DNA of 64,000 nucleotides from NCBI RefSeq assembly GCF_036321535.1, contig NC_087436.1:100504001-100568000 (forward strand), read 5' to 3'. The notes beneath the pieces were generated by a model that was not told the origin of the DNA, did no database searches, and was given only the letters and a program-made list of their open reading frames with translations. This document shows positions 39,773 through 54,023 of the stretch, piece after piece (within the stretch, counting starts at the first letter, position 1; each line of letters starts with the position of its first letter). This DNA comes from Camelus dromedarius. Its lineage: Eukaryota. The translations under genes were made by a program, and so were the position numbers.

Positions 39773-40163
39773 TGTTGTGAACTGAATGTGATGCATCCCT
39801 TGCCCAAAAAAAAAAAAAAAAAGAAAAAAAATACATTGAGGCCCTAATCCCCCATGTGACTGCATTTGAAAATGGGTCCTGTCAGAAGGTGATAAAGGTT
39901 AAATAAGGTTGGAAGTGCCTTATCTGATGGGATGGGTGCCTTTATCAGCAGAAGATGCCAGGACTCTCTTACTCCTCCATCTGGGACACAATGAGAAGGC
40001 AGATGACCCTCTGTAAACAAGGAAGAGTGCTCTGTCCAGGAACCAGATCCACTAGTACCTTCATCTTGGATCTCCCAGTCTCTAGAGCCATGAGAAAATG
40101 TATTTGTTTTTTAAGGCATCCATCCTATAGTATTTTGTTATGGTAGCCAAGCAGACTAAGACA
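39773..40163 (+). mobile_element. MaLR LTR, MLT1A-like, with an internal poly(A) expansion
   Basis: 'tgttgtgaactgaatgtg', 'gccctaatcccccatgtgact' and the end 'gtagccaagcagactaagaca'. Confidence 0.85.
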
Positions 40164-41498
40164 CTGAGTAAACTGACAATTTCTCTTCTTTAATTAAAGA
40201 ATTAACTATTCTTAGTATGGGGTAGGAAAGGGAGGGAAATATTGTAGAGTCAACAGAACATTATATTTTTAAAGTGTATATCAGAGTTGAACTGATAGTT
40301 TAAATTAAAGGCTACCCTATAGTTAAATTTTCTAAACTATTTTTGCCCACAGGATCAATGACATTTATCATTAATATAAAGATTATGTAGATAATCACAT
40401 GATTTAAATGCAGCATATTGGGAAAATCTAATTTAAAATGTGGGTTGTTGTAAGATTTGTACTTATGAAAGTGAGAAAAAAAGAAAACTATTATATCATT
40501 TCTTTGAAATATATTTAAGGACTAATATGGATCCCCAAAATATAAAATTATAGATTACATAGTATTACTATATATGTTAAAAACAGTTTAAAAGAAAATG
40601 AATTACAAAGAGTTTGTATATAGTGAATTTTCAAGATCTACAAATGGGTAACAAAGAGTAGAGTGGGGGGGGGGAGGGGAAGTGCCTTTTTCACCATGTA
40701 ATCATGGTTAGATCATAATATAAACCGTCACTTTAATCATTATCTAAATCAGAAAACCTACAGTATCTATCTGTCCTCTAACTTCAAATATATTCATTCT
40801 CATCCTTCCTAAATGGCCTTTCAAAATATGTTTATGAAGATTAATTATGTATTTAGGAGAATTCATGATTTTTCAAGTGAAAGAAACTCAAGAATAAAAT
40901 ACTGGTATATACATCAGGAAAGCTGAATTTTAATAACACAACTTTCTGCTTAGTCCCTTTTTCGGTGGGTGTATATCAATCTTCTCCCCAAGCAAATGTT
41001 TCATAATTAACATCTCAGTTTGCTAGCTAATGAGCCCCTTTGATCTTATTTGGGAAACTGCAAATTCTGTCCTTTACTATTTAGGACTTAAGGCAAAAAT
41101 TATCAAAACTGCCAATGCGAGAAGTATATTTGTAGCTTCAAATGTTTTATATGCAAATGATGAAAAGAGGTAGTCTTGGACTAGAACAAAAATGTCATAT
41201 CAAAATATTCTGCTTTGACTTCTTGAGATTTCAGTTGGATTGGCTAATATCATAGGCATTCTTTTAAATTATTAGAAAGCCCCTCTTCCCGGAAGTTCAC
41301 TTACCTAAAACTTCACCTTTTAAATTTGATCTTTTTGGAAGATCAAAATAAAGATGACTATTTTACTAGTTAGTAAGAAATTTTTTTAAAATAAAATTGA
41401 ATTTAAAATGTTACCATAGAGAATCAAAATTGAACGTTCATTTTTTAAATCTAATTCTTTATGTGAGGAGGACTTTTTCCTAACAATTTTCTCCCTGG

Positions 41499-41924
41499 CC
41501 TAGTGGGTTAAATGGTTGTCCCCCAAAAGATAATGCCCACATCCTGGAAAAGTGAATGTGATCTTAATTGGAAAGAGCCTTTTCATAGATAAATAAGACT
41601 CTCTGGATGATATCATAGTGGATTATCAGGGTGCATCCTAGAACCAATGACAAATGTCCTTAGGAGAGACACACAGAGTAGAGGCTCTAGGAGAAGAGAA
41701 GGCCACATGGAGATGGAGACAGACATTGGAGTGATACAGTCAAAGCCAAGGAATGCCTAGAGCCACCAAAGTTGGAAGAAGTAAAGAAGGATTCTCCCTT
41801 AGATCCTTCAGAGGGAGCATGGTTGTGCCAAACATTGATTTTTGGGCTTCTGACCTCCAAAACCAGATTTTATAAGCCACCACATTTGTGGTAATTTTTA
41901 CAGAAGCCCTAGGAAACAAATACC
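41499..41924 (+). mobile_element. MaLR LTR, MLT1C-like
   Basis: 'gtgggttaaatggttgtcccccaaaaga', 'aagccaaggaatgcctagagccacc' and 'agccctaggaaacaaatac'. Confidence 0.85.
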
Positions 41925-42298
41925 CTTGGTGAGCTCCCAGTTTGATAGTTAGCTTCTCTATATTACTGGTCTAAAACAAAGCTAGAAGATGTTACAATGA
42001 GACTTGCAAATCCTGTTGAATCCCCATTTCAAGTCTATTTCTTTGATCAAAATTCTGTTCAAAGGACAGAAAAAATGTTACATGTTTGATTATAGATCTC
42101 TAGACATTTGTAGGCAAAAAAAAAAACCCCAAACTTAAATCACTTAATACTGTAGAGAAAATTAAGTCGAGAAGCCCAATGACCTGCTACAGCTCACAAA
42201 ACCTACACTGAACGCCAGCCTTTCTGTGAACCCATTTGCAATGTGAGCAAACGTCCCCATTAGTCACAGCTGATGTTACAGATGACGGCTTTTCCCCG

Positions 42299-42666
42299 TG
42301 CATTAGTCTTTCAGCACCGCCGTAATGCAGTATCACAAACAGAATGGCTTAAACAGCAGACATTCATTTTTTCACAGTTTTGGAGGCTAGAAGTCCATGA
42401 TCATGCTGAGAGTTCTCTTCGTGATTTGTGAGACAGTTGCCTTCTCATTATGTCCTCATATGGCCTCTGTTTGCATGGAAAGAGGAAACGTGCTCAGGTC
42501 TCTCTTCTGACAAAGACACCAATCCTACTGGATTAGGGCCCCACCCTTGTGACCTCATTTAACCTTAATTACTTCCTTGTAGGCCCTATCTCCAAATACA
42601 AGGCCCACAGGGTCACATTGGGGGTTAGGGTTTCAAAATATGAATTTCACATTTCAGTGCATAACA
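42299..42666 (-). mobile_element. MaLR LTR, MLT1A/B-like
   Basis: 'ttcacagttttggaggctagaagtcc' and 'ggattagggccccacccttgtgacctcatttaaccttaattac'. Confidence 0.85.
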
Positions 42667-45600
42667 CCCTTTATTACTGTGCTTAGGTCAGAGCTTGTAA
42701 AGAAGTTTGGGCTTCTTTAATTTTGAAAGTGGAAGAACTGAAACAATTAATTGGGTATCAGTTTGTCTCCTTTATCAAAACCTTGTAGATGGACTTGATT
42801 TGAAATCTAAGTCATGCCCAAAGAAGGCCTAATTCTCTTTATATCTTTTAATAGAAACATTTGAGATAGTTATCAAAAACGAAGGCAAATTCCTAAAATC
42901 CTCAGGTGTGACTAAAACTTTCAATCAAAAAGATAAACTTTTTTGTCCTATATAATTGCATTTATAAGACATGCATGTAAGAATCCCATAGTAGATATGA
43001 AAGCAAAATAACAAACTAAAGAGGGCAGAGAAAATCAAACATTTTTAGCTCTTTTAGGAACTAGTTCCTCTTGATGTTTTTACTGATGTTCTCACCCTAA
43101 TTTTTTTTCCTTTTGTCACCGTGAATAGTGCTCTGTCCTCTGAAATCTCTGCCTGATTGAGGATTTTTATATAGGCAGGGAAGGTCAGTAATGGATATTT
43201 TCACACTTTAGCTGGAAAGAACAGAAAGGAATCTTCAAAGTTTGTAATAAACAGAGCAATCTTTGGGGATCAAAACAGTCTCTTAGATTCAATGCCAGGT
43301 GTCTTTCCCAATCTTAGCTTCACAACTTCCCCAGTCATATCAGCTACTTACTCTGAGCAAGGAGTCGCTGTCTCTACTGTCAGAGTGTCTAGAAAAAAAA
43401 AAGGCACAGCTGCTGCAGGCATATACTGTTCCTGCCAATTTCACAAAACAAAAATGAGGGTGATATATGATGTCCACAGGGTATTAAGTTGTTTTTTCCT
43501 CTCTCAACTCCTTTCTCTATTTTTCCCTCTGAATACCTTATATTCCCTTTTCTCCCTCAATATATTTTCTCTGATCCCTTGTCCTCTCTTGTCACTCAGA
43601 CAGGTATACCAGAATCAGAATTGGAGAGTCCCAAATCAACACCTTTGGTGTTTTAGCAGACAAGGAAGCACTGATAATTACTTCAGTAAAGTGTCCTATT
43701 CCCTATTGCACGAAATTCAAACAAATGTCAGTCCATGAGATGAGCTGCTTCAATTTGTTGTGATGTGAAATAGAATGTGGTCAGGCCATGTTAGCTAGAA
43801 TGGAAGCAAGAGGCACTGTCGTTCTTCTGAAGTCATTGAAATTTGTTATTAAATTGCATTACTTGATGGGACTTACCATTTGGAGACAAGACTAACTGAA
43901 CTGAAGTTTGAAAATGCAGACTTGGTTTGAGTCCCCATGGATTCGATTAAACATACAAGCTGATCTTACAAAAGTGTAATTACTTGTGGTTATTAGGTGA
44001 TCTTAAACACATATACCTAAAGTAAGGTATTTAGGATAAGGTATAGGAGTTACACATCTTCAAATAATGGGAAATTAAAAAAGCATTTGTAGTCACACTG
44101 ATAATACAAGTTAACCAGTCAATGAGTCTTTAAAAAAAGTGTATCACATTTTCTTTCAGATACAACTATTCATTCTGAAAAGCAAAATAACACATAACAT
44201 AGAAAGGAAATAAGTGTTATGTTCCCTAAGCACACCCAATAACATCACCTTATAAACATATGTAAGAATATGGCCTTAAAGTCCATCTGTGGGAACAGCG
44301 GAATTAATTACTATGCATTCAGAGTATGAAATCCCTCGTATCTTTAAAAATAATGGATTAACTTTTAGATTTTGAAAAATATCTCAAATGCACTATTCTT
44401 TCAGAAGGTGAAGGTAGTGACAAATAGACATACATTTGATAGGGAATTGTCCTTTCTTGTCAAGGTAATAGAGTCTCTGACAGATAATTTAGTAAATTTC
44501 AGGTTCCTTTGTCTAAATGAAACATTAGCATGAAGTGTGCTCTTGAGTTACATATTATAAATTAATTACAACAATAAAATGTACTAATTATTAGTATATG
44601 TTGCAACTGTATGAGGGAAAAATAGAACAAAAACTCCATTTGTAGACAGCTTGTTCCATTTTAAAATGTCAGGATAGGCCTTCCTGAAAAATAGAAAAGT
44701 CCATTTCTTCTTTGATGAAGACAAAATCCTCAAAGGGGTGTGTGTGCATGTGCGTGAGCAATTCAGTGATTTCAATGCTTCTTTCTTCCATAAGCTCCCT
44801 GATTCTTAAAACTTAATATTTATATTACTCTTACTACTATTGAGAGGTAATCAACATATATATTGCTTTGGAAGGAACCCACCTATTTCTCCAAACTAAC
44901 ATAAGACATACTTGGTTGTTGTTAATGCAGTCAACCAACGTTGACTTACGTCATTTCTACAAAAGGTAAATTGATAGAGGAAGATATGAACCTGGGGTAA
45001 TTACAAATTATGGTTGTATATATTGCAAACTGCATGAGCGATAGAGGAGGCAGGAGAATGTTTGGTTGGTGAGTAGTATTAGGCATTGTGCTGAATGGGA
45101 AAATGCAGGCCAAACCTCCCTTCACATGCATACACTTAACATACCTTCAAGTGTTTAGTTGTTAGTGTAGAGTCGAGACACACACACACACACATATATA
45201 TATAATTATATGTATGTTATAAAATTATTATAAAATATACATATAATTTTTTCTTTCTCCTTAATTTCCCCTCAATACTACATGATGTGCTCTGATTATA
45301 TCTTACCAAGTAATCTTGTTTTTGCAAACCAACATTCTAACAGTTTACCTAATTTTTAATGCCACTGTGCCTGAGTTGTGATAACCATTTCTTCTTCTGG
45401 GTAAGAGCTATAGTGGTAGGGAAAATTTCTTTACCTTTCTTTGCAAAATCCATAATTCCATGTGCCAATACCTGGGAATCAACATAGAAAATTGTACACT
45501 TTTTCCACTTTGTACATCTAAAATTTGCACAAGAGTTTGAACAATTGGCCTCTTCTGGTTTATTATAATAAATGTTTACCAACCTTCCCAAACACGTAGG

Positions 45601-48600
45601 TTTCTTTTTCTGACTCTCAAATAGGAACCTCTAGAAATTTTAGTATTTATCAGAAACTTTAACAATACCAACCCAGTAATTAATGTAACCTTCCTTATTC
45701 ACTTCCAAGCTGTAAAACATTGCCAGAGAAAGCAATGGGAAATGAGGTATCTTGCCTTTATTCTTCTAACAAGTATTTTTAATCCTGATTTACCACTGAG
45801 TGACAGCATGAACAAATTTCATCTCATCATATATTAGAAAATAAATTTTCTAATGACACTACAAAGGGCAAATGAATTGAAAAATAGAGTAACTTTCTTG
45901 TGAACATTTCATTTTACAGTAAATCCCATAATAGAACCTTAAGTGATCTCAGATTCTTTGCCGAATCCTTTAGTCTAACTCTGTTCCCTTGGTACCCAAA
46001 CAAAAAGGACAAATTCATTTATGATTTTTCTCTGCTAATTGGTTGTTTCCCCCATGCCCTTTTCAGTGCTTGAAAGTGCAGTAATTGGGGGGGAAAGAAG
46101 CAGACTTTATTTGTACACACATACAGTACATAATTTATATTACCAACCCTTGTGCTTTGCAAACTGACATTACCAACACCTTAAAACTATTGCCTTTAAA
46201 TGTCAGGGAATCAAGAAATGCCTGCCATGAATACTTGATATGCTGAAGCCATGAAGCTTCCAAACTTATTCTTGTCTAAATAAGCAATCCTTTCCACGAT
46301 TCAGATCTAATTTGAATTGTTATGAGCAGCCCTAATTACACTACCTTCTCTACCCAACTAGTGAGTCGCTCTTGCTTTCATTACCCACCTCTAGCTGCTG
46401 AAAGTAAATGAAGTACTCAACCTAGGGTGATTTGCTCTATTAAGACAAAATGGTGACATTCTGATTAAATTTAAACTGTCACATTATATTCCATTCACTT
46501 CATTTTCTGGGGAGTATAACCAGTCATCTTTTCCCCTCATACTTCCATTGACACTTTTATCTTTAGAAACTAGAAATCACTATGCTAGATAAGAATTCAA
46601 GCTACTAAAACAGAATTTAGGTAGGAGACTAATTTTATAAAAAGGGCTCACCATCATATAAGGCGAGTGGTTGGTTAAAAATTCATAGTGCTGCAGGAAT
46701 TGGGTGTGTGGCCCTATGGTTGTAGAAGTGGGTATATATTCTAAATGTCAACATTTATTTTATTTAGCTCTCAAGCTTTTTAATCTTCTTTAAGATTCTG
46801 ACATCACCTTATCCCTTGCTGCCTGAACATCAAGGGTAAGATTTCTCTTAATTTGTTATCTTTTTTGTGTGTCTGTGTGGATCACCGCATCTTTAAAAGT
46901 TAAAGGATAAACGTGAAATGCAAAAAATTGTGAGCTATTAAGAAGGCAAGGCTAACATACTCCAGGATCATTTTTTCCAATCTCTAAAAGTAAATTTCAG
47001 TTGCACTCTTCACATTTCCATTACGACCGTTCATGATGACCTAGTATTATCTTGAAAAGAAAAGTGATTTAGTAAAATCAAGGAATTAAAACTCTTTAAA
47101 AGTTATTACAATGTATTGTAGTAGTTTTCCCCGGTGGTTTGTATAAGGAAAATGTAAAGTGTAAATTATTACTTGGAAAAAATTGTCTTTATTTAACCTA
47201 TAAACATAAAATACTGAACAAAGTAATTTTCTCCAAAAGATTTCTTCTGTTTTAAAAGCAGATTGTAAAGGCTTATAGCATAATATGTGTCTTAGAAAGG
47301 TGACAAAGATAGACATGTTGGCAGAGGGGAGGAATTGTCTTAGAGATTGCAATGAGATTAGAAATCAAAATAAAATAGGTCTCAATATAGACACCAGAGA
47401 TGGAAGATTTTGTCTTGAGACCTTTAGTAACAAGTTTAACTGAGCTATAGTTTTCAGCAAATGTACTTCCCAATAATCTAAAAAGCCTTAGAATATGTTT
47501 TAAGAGAATTATTTCCTCTACATCATGTATTTAAATCATTTTTAGCCCTCGTTTCATCCTTCCACTTACATGACACGTCAAGCACTAAGTGTTGAGCATA
47601 CTCCCTTTATAATACATCTAAGCCTGCAATTCATTTCTAATATCATTACAGTTAACCACAATTTGGATTTCTGGCGGCTGAGTCCCCTAACTCTGAATCT
47701 GGGAGATTTTAGCGAAGATGTTTTGTCAGTCACGCTCTAAAAGTGTGCATGCTGAATTTAATACTAAATATGATACTTCTTATTTTTCCTCATTTTATTC
47801 ATATTTGTATTTCTTTCTTGACCCTTTTTCTTCTCACATCTCCATTGTTTAGATTTCATGGCAGCATAACCTCTGTGGTCTTAATATTTCTTTTTGCTAG
47901 GTGTTAATTGTGCTGACAGCCAAGAAGTGAACACTCTAAAACAAAGTGACGCAGAAAAAATAAGACATGTATTGTGGCTGTGGCTCTGTGACTGTGGTTT
48001 CCAGAGCAGTCTCTTGGCTTTCTTAACATTGGAAAAGGCAATAAAGACACCAATTAAAAAAAAAAAGAAGCAGATCTATAAAATCCCGAATGAGAACCTA
48101 TATTAATTGATCTTTCCCCCAAAGTTTTTTATTGATCCTTTATATCAAGGGAAGTTTCTTGTTGATGCATCAGTGTGGCTCTCTGTTTTTCTGTATGCAT
48201 CTCAAGTTACTGTGAAATAAAATAAAAGATCCCAGTTCATGCAGCCAATCACATTATTTTAATGGTGTTTTATTCCCTGGGATACTATCCCAAAAGCAAT
48301 AGATTTATTGAAAGATTTTTTTTTCTGATATTCAAACTTGATATGTGACTTATCAGATTACCACATGACATGCATGCTTTGTTGAGGAAATTTGAGTGTT
48401 TAGTAAGAACAATAAGAATGGAGATTGTATAAACATAAACCTTTGAAACAGCAGGGAGACAGAAAATATTTGGGCCCCAAAGGGCAGTGGACAACTCATC
48501 ACAGAGTAGAGAACAGAAGCTTAAAGTGGACAGGAGCATGGTTTCCCAGTTTGCCTTCATCCCACCTTTAAACAGGTAAATCTCACTTATAATGTGTTGT

Positions 48601-48609
48601 CGTTAGGAT

Positions 48610-48950
48610 AAAGGATAAAGTGTGTGGTCAGTTAGTCCTGTGGTTAAGTTTCATTTCATCATGTATTAATGTGGCTTGGCAAAGTTATTTAATATCCCTG
48701 GGGCAGTATCCTCTTTTCGCACAATGAGGATATTAATACTAATTTCATAGGATTGTTGAGAGGATTGAAATGAACAGAATTTACAGTGTGAATTGTTAAG
48801 AACATGGGGAGCTAGAATCAGAGTCCAACTTTGAACTCTGATTCTGTCTCCATCCGTAATAAACTATATTCTTGGAGCAAGTTATTTAACCTCTTTGAGC
48901 CCCATATATATCATATGAATGCTAATATTTCCTGATTTGATTTGTACAAT
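48610..48950 (+). mobile_element. Two MIR fragments
   Basis: 'gtggcttggcaaagttatttaat...aatttcataggattgttgagaggattgaaatga' and 'gagcaagttatttaacctctttgagcc'. Confidence 0.7.
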
Positions 48951-48953
48951 CCT

Positions 48954-49270
48954 TCTACTATAGACTGAATGCGTCTCTCAAATTCCTGTGTTGAAACCTA
49001 TTCCCCCAATGTGATGATCTTGGAAGATGGAGCCTTTAGGAGGCGACTAGAGTTCCTATGAAAGAAACTCCAAAGAGCCCTCTTGCCCATGTCACCATGT
49101 AAGGACACAGGGGGTAGACCAGCAAGCAGGTCCTCGCCAGATGCTGAATTTGCTAATGCTTTGATCTTGGACTTCTAGCCTTGGGAACTGTGAGGAGAAA
49201 AAAAATTCTGTTGTTGGAAAACCACCCAGGATATGGGGTTCTGTTACAACAGCCAGAACAAACTAAGACA
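48954..49270 (+). mobile_element. MaLR LTR, MLT1A-like (internally deleted)
   Basis: 'tatagactgaatgcgtctctcaaattcctgtgttgaaaccta' and the end 'agccagaacaaactaagaca'. Confidence 0.8.
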
Positions 49271-49304
49271 CCTTTGTAAAGAGTAAGCAAGATGATACAC
49301 TCAT

Positions 49305-49888
49305 TCCCAGTTGATCATGTATCAGCACATACTTAGTGGCTTAAAACAAAACCCATTCGTTATCTCGTAGCGTCAGTGGGTCAGGAGCTTGGACATGGTT
49401 ACGTGGGCTCTTCACTCAGGGTCTCATAAGGCAGCAATGTAGGTATCAGCCAGCCTATTTCTGGAGTTGTGGTCCTTTTCCAGGCTCATGTAGTTGTTGG
49501 CAAAATTCATCTTCCTGTGGTTATAGGACTGACATCTGTTTTCTTTCTAGCTCTTAGCTGGGGAATACTCACTCAGGCCCTTTCATAATATAGCAGCTTC
49601 CTTCTTCAAGGCCAGCAAGAAAACTTCTCTCTTCAGAACTGGTCTATCCCATCTGTTAAGAGTTTTTACCTGATTAAGTAGGCCAATTCAGGAAAAATTT
49701 CCCTTTCAACTTCAAAATGAAAGATTTTGATCTTCGATTATAGCTGCAAAATTCATCTTTTCCTAATAAGGTAACTTAATCATGATAGCGATATCATCAT
49801 ATTCACACATCCCACCCAAACTCAAGTGAAATGATTATGTAGAACAAGATAGAGAATCTTGACAGTCTTAGAATTTTTTTCTGCTGCT
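49305..49888 (-). mobile_element. MaLR LTR, MLT1E/F-like
   Basis: 'cttagtggcttaaaacaa', 'gtgggtcaggag' and 'ttgttggcaaaattcatcttcctgtggttataggactga'. Confidence 0.75.
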
Positions 49889-50499
49889 TTTATGAAGGAA
49901 AAGTACATAGCACAACATCTGACAAAGGCTGAATATTTAGTATGTTAGCTAGTGTCATGTAAAGTACTCAGCATAGTACTTAGCCCACGGTAAGAACTCC
50001 CTAGAGAAGAATTATTAAACTCATGATACATTTCCATTTCTCAGTGACTTGATATAATGTATTTTCCTTGTTAACATGTTCAATCCCAGTAACATTTGCA
50101 TTGTAATCAACCGTCAGGTTTTAATACCTTCCTTGACTAATTGGGAATTCTGTAATTTTTGCTTCAGTAAGGCTCACTGTAGCAAATGTAATGATAGTTC
50201 TATAGCCACAAACCAAACAATTTTGATTTCAAAAGAAAAATCATATATTGGCTACTTGTATTACATCTTCTTGAGAAAAAATATCTTTCCAATTTCATCT
50301 AGCCAAAAACATATGAAGACATTGTATGGAGAGAATCTCATGAACCTCAGAATAATTCAGTATTGTGTTTATCTGGTATCAGAACTGTCGTGTGCCAGTT
50401 CAGCTAACTTTTCAACTGTATTGAATGTCATATTCAGTGTCTCAGTTCCTTTGGTTCTTGATTAAACTAAAGTCAATATAAATTTTGATTTTCAAAATT

Positions 50500-50990
50500 A
50501 ATTTTTTCTTTTTTTTAAACTTTTTTTATTGAGTTATAGTCAGTTTACAATGTTGTGTCAATTTCCAGTGTAGAGCACAATTTTTCAGTTGTACGTGAAC
50601 ATATATATATTCATTGTTGCATTCTTTTTTGCTGTGAGCTACCACAAGATCTTGTATATATTTCCTTGTGCTATACAGTATAATCTTATTTATCTATTCT
50701 ACATATGCCTGTCAGTATCTATAAATTTCGAACTCCCAGTCTGTCCCACCACCCTCCCCCTTGGCAACCACAAGTTTGTGTTCTATGTCTATGAGTTGGT
50801 TTCTGTTCGTATTTATTTTTTTATTTATTTATTTTTTTTTTAGATTCCACATATGAGCAATCTCATATGGTATTTTTCTTTCTCTTTCTGGCTTACTTCA
50901 CTTAGAATGACATTCTCCAGGGACAGCCATGTTGCTGCAAATTGTGTTATGTTGTCATTTTTAATGGCTGAATAGTATTCCACTGTATTA
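50500..50990 (-). mobile_element. Young 5'-truncated L1 3'UTR (camelid-type as recalled)
   Basis: Poly(T) then 'attgagttatagtcagtttacaatgttgtgtcaatttccagtgtagagcacaat...gtgagctaccacaagatcttg...tggctgaatagtattcca'. Confidence 0.85.
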
Positions 50991-52359
50991 AAACTTTAAT
51001 TTATAAAGACTACCCTGACCAACTTGTATTCAAATCATCAAAAGCCCACTCCATACAGTGAGAGATTAGGTGGGAAACAATTGGTGAGGAAATGGTCTCT
51101 GATCCTCCTCAGACAAGCACTATCTCTTTTCAATTTCTTACAAACTGTGGCAGAGTTTTTTTCAAATATTCTGTGAGAATAGTAATTTCTAGTTATGCAG
51201 AGGTAAATATTCTATGCTTATTTGCACTATGTTGATTATTTTTCTGATTAGATTTTTTTCTGTTGACTATATTAGAACTCTTGATTCCCAGAAACATTTA
51301 CAACTGCTTGAGTTCAAATAGCTGCCCCACTTAAAGTCATTTTCGAAAAATATGGTTCTAATATGAGCTAAAATTCATTAATATTCTGATCTGTTAAAAT
51401 TAAAAGCAGAGCTAGGGCCCTACACTTGGGAGGATTGTATCAGATGAATGGTCTCTTTTAATAAAAAACATAAGGCTGTAATGGAAATATATTTTCACTT
51501 AAATTCATAATCTAGACATTATGCTATGTAAATCATCTTATTTTTCCTAGAAAACATTTCCATTCATTCTCAAGTGATACTTAGAGGTAACTTTTTCATC
51601 TTTTGTTGAAATAAGTATAGGCAATTATTTATTAAAGTTTGACAAAATGGAGTCACAATCAGATGGTAGAGGATCTTAAGGTCTTTAATGTATATTTTCA
51701 CATTTGACACAGTTTCTTTGTCAACCCCCAATCTGTAAATCAAGGCATTGAGAACTTTTAAAATTTTTAAATGTTCATACATGCACAGCTCAATGCCAAA
51801 ATCAAATCCACTGTGATATAAATCTTTATTCTGACATTTTTATTCCTATTTTGGTATATTTAAGAGAGCAAGTTTTATTAACATTTTTACATTTCTACTC
51901 ATTTAATAAAAACAAGATATTTTCCTTGAAAACAGATCTGTTTACATCAGAAAATTCTGTGGATGTAAGCATTGGTTCCTAGTCACTTAAGTGGGTACGA
52001 AATTAGTGGGAAATAGTAACCAAAATATTAGAAAGCCACAATTATGTTTCATTCCTAGTCAATTTGCTTGACATACTGAGAACATTTTACCTCTTACTGG
52101 AGAATGATTTTAGTCTTAGCTTAAAAATCTAATGTTTAAAAGATTTAACCTTCACTTTAAGTGGCATAGAGATGAGTTGGATAATCAGAATTTCATACCT
52201 TTTCAAAGGAATTTGTGCGTAAGTTGACTATATACTAATGCATGTTGGCATTTGTGCATTCAGTATTTATTCCCAGACACATCAGTGAATTGGCAGCTTG
52301 GGTTTACCAACATGTGCCAGATTAATTTATGTTTTACTTAGAAAGTAATCTTTCTCTTA

Positions 52360-53880
52360 ACATTTTTTTTTTGGTGGAGTTTTTAGTGTTTTCTATATAT
52401 AATATGTCATCTGCAAATAGAGACAATGTGCTTTATTTTTTAATTGGATGCTTCTTATTTCTCTTTCTTGCCTAATTTCTCTGGCTAGAATTTCCAGTGC
52501 TATGTTGAATAAAAGTGGTGAGATTGGGCATCCTTTTCTCGTTCCTGATTTTTCAGTTTTTTACTGTTGAGTGTGATTTAGCCATGAGATTGTCATATAA
52601 AAACTTCAGTATACTGAGTTACGGTTCCTCTCTATCCAGTTTTTGAGAAATGTATCTTTCATTATTTTCTTCATTTTGTTATTGTGGTATATCATATTGA
52701 TGTTGCGTATATTGAACCATCCTTGCATCCTTGGAATAAATTCCACTGGTCATGTGTATGATTCATTTAATGTATTTTTGAATTCACTAATTCAAATATT
52801 CCAAATATTCATTTGTAACATTTGCCAATATTTTGTTGAATTTTGCATCTATGTTCTTCAGATACATGATGTCATTTTCATTTTATTTTAGTCTTCTAGG
52901 GTCATGCTAGCCTTATAAAAAGTTCAAACATGTTCCCTTCTCTTCTATTTTGGAAGTGTTTGAGAAAGATTGATACTGATTCTTTGAATGCTTAGTATAA
53001 TTCACCAGTGATGCCATATGGTCCTGGACTGTTGTGTGTTGGAAGTTTTTGATCACTGATTCAATCTTCTTACTAGTAATGGATCTGTTCAGAAATTTTA
53101 TTTCTTCATGATTTAATCTAAATAGCTTGTATATTTTCAGCCTTTATCCATGTCTTCTGGGTTGTCCAATTTGTTGGCATATAATTATTCATAGTAGTCT
53201 CATGATCCTTTGCATTTCTGTGGTATCTGCTTTAATGTCTGCTTTTTCACTTTCTGAGTCCTCTTTTTCTTTTTTTTTTTCTTTTTGAATCTAGTGAAAG
53301 ATTTGTCTATTTTGTTCCTTCTCAAATCCAGCCAAACTGTAATTTTTGTTATGTTGTTTCCATTTTTATTCACCTCTAAATATCTTTCACATTTTTTCTT
53401 TGATTCCTTTCTGACCCATCAGTTGTTTGGTAGCATGTTGTATAATCTCTATGTATTTGTGGATTTTACAGTTTTCTTTTTATAATTGAGTTCCAGTTTC
53501 AGACAGTTGTGGTCAGAAAAGATTATATGATTTGATGATATGATTTCATTAAATCAAAACCATGATATGACTTCAATCTTCTTAAATTTTTTAAGACTTG
53601 TTTTGGGACCTACTGTATGATCTGTACAGTAGAATGCTCCATGGGCACTTCAGAAGTATATGCATTCTTCTGCTGTTGCATGGAATGTTGTATAAATATC
53701 TGGTAAGTTAATCTGGTCTGATATGTAGTTTAAGTTCAATGTTTTCATATTTTTATATCTGCATGATCTATTTATTATTGAAAGTAGGGTACTGAAATCC
53801 CTTATTATTGCATCACTGTTTTTTTCTTCAGGTTTGTTAATATTTGTTTTATATATTTAAGGTGCTTCTATTGTCAATAC
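52360..53880 (-). mobile_element. LINE-1 ORF2 remnant with internal deletions
   Basis: Antisense RT/EN motifs 'tgtcatctgcaaatagagacaa' (LFADDM region), 'tatgttgaataaaagtggtgag' and 'tgtggtcagaaaa' (FSDH). Confidence 0.9.
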
Positions 53881-54023
53881 ACTTTTATTTCACACCAGAA
53901 TATTTCAGTTCTCTATCAAAGAAATTGCCAAGATAGTGGCAGAAATGAGGGTTCAGTTTTCCATTCATAAATTAGAAACTTTTGAAGAAATAGTTTTGAC
54001 ATATGTTTAGAATGGCGTGGGGG

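Noticed and set aside
43292..43738. Longest ORF in the track (148 aa)
   Set aside because: No recognisable domain. It runs through poly(A) and pyrimidine low-complexity tracts, consistent with chance.
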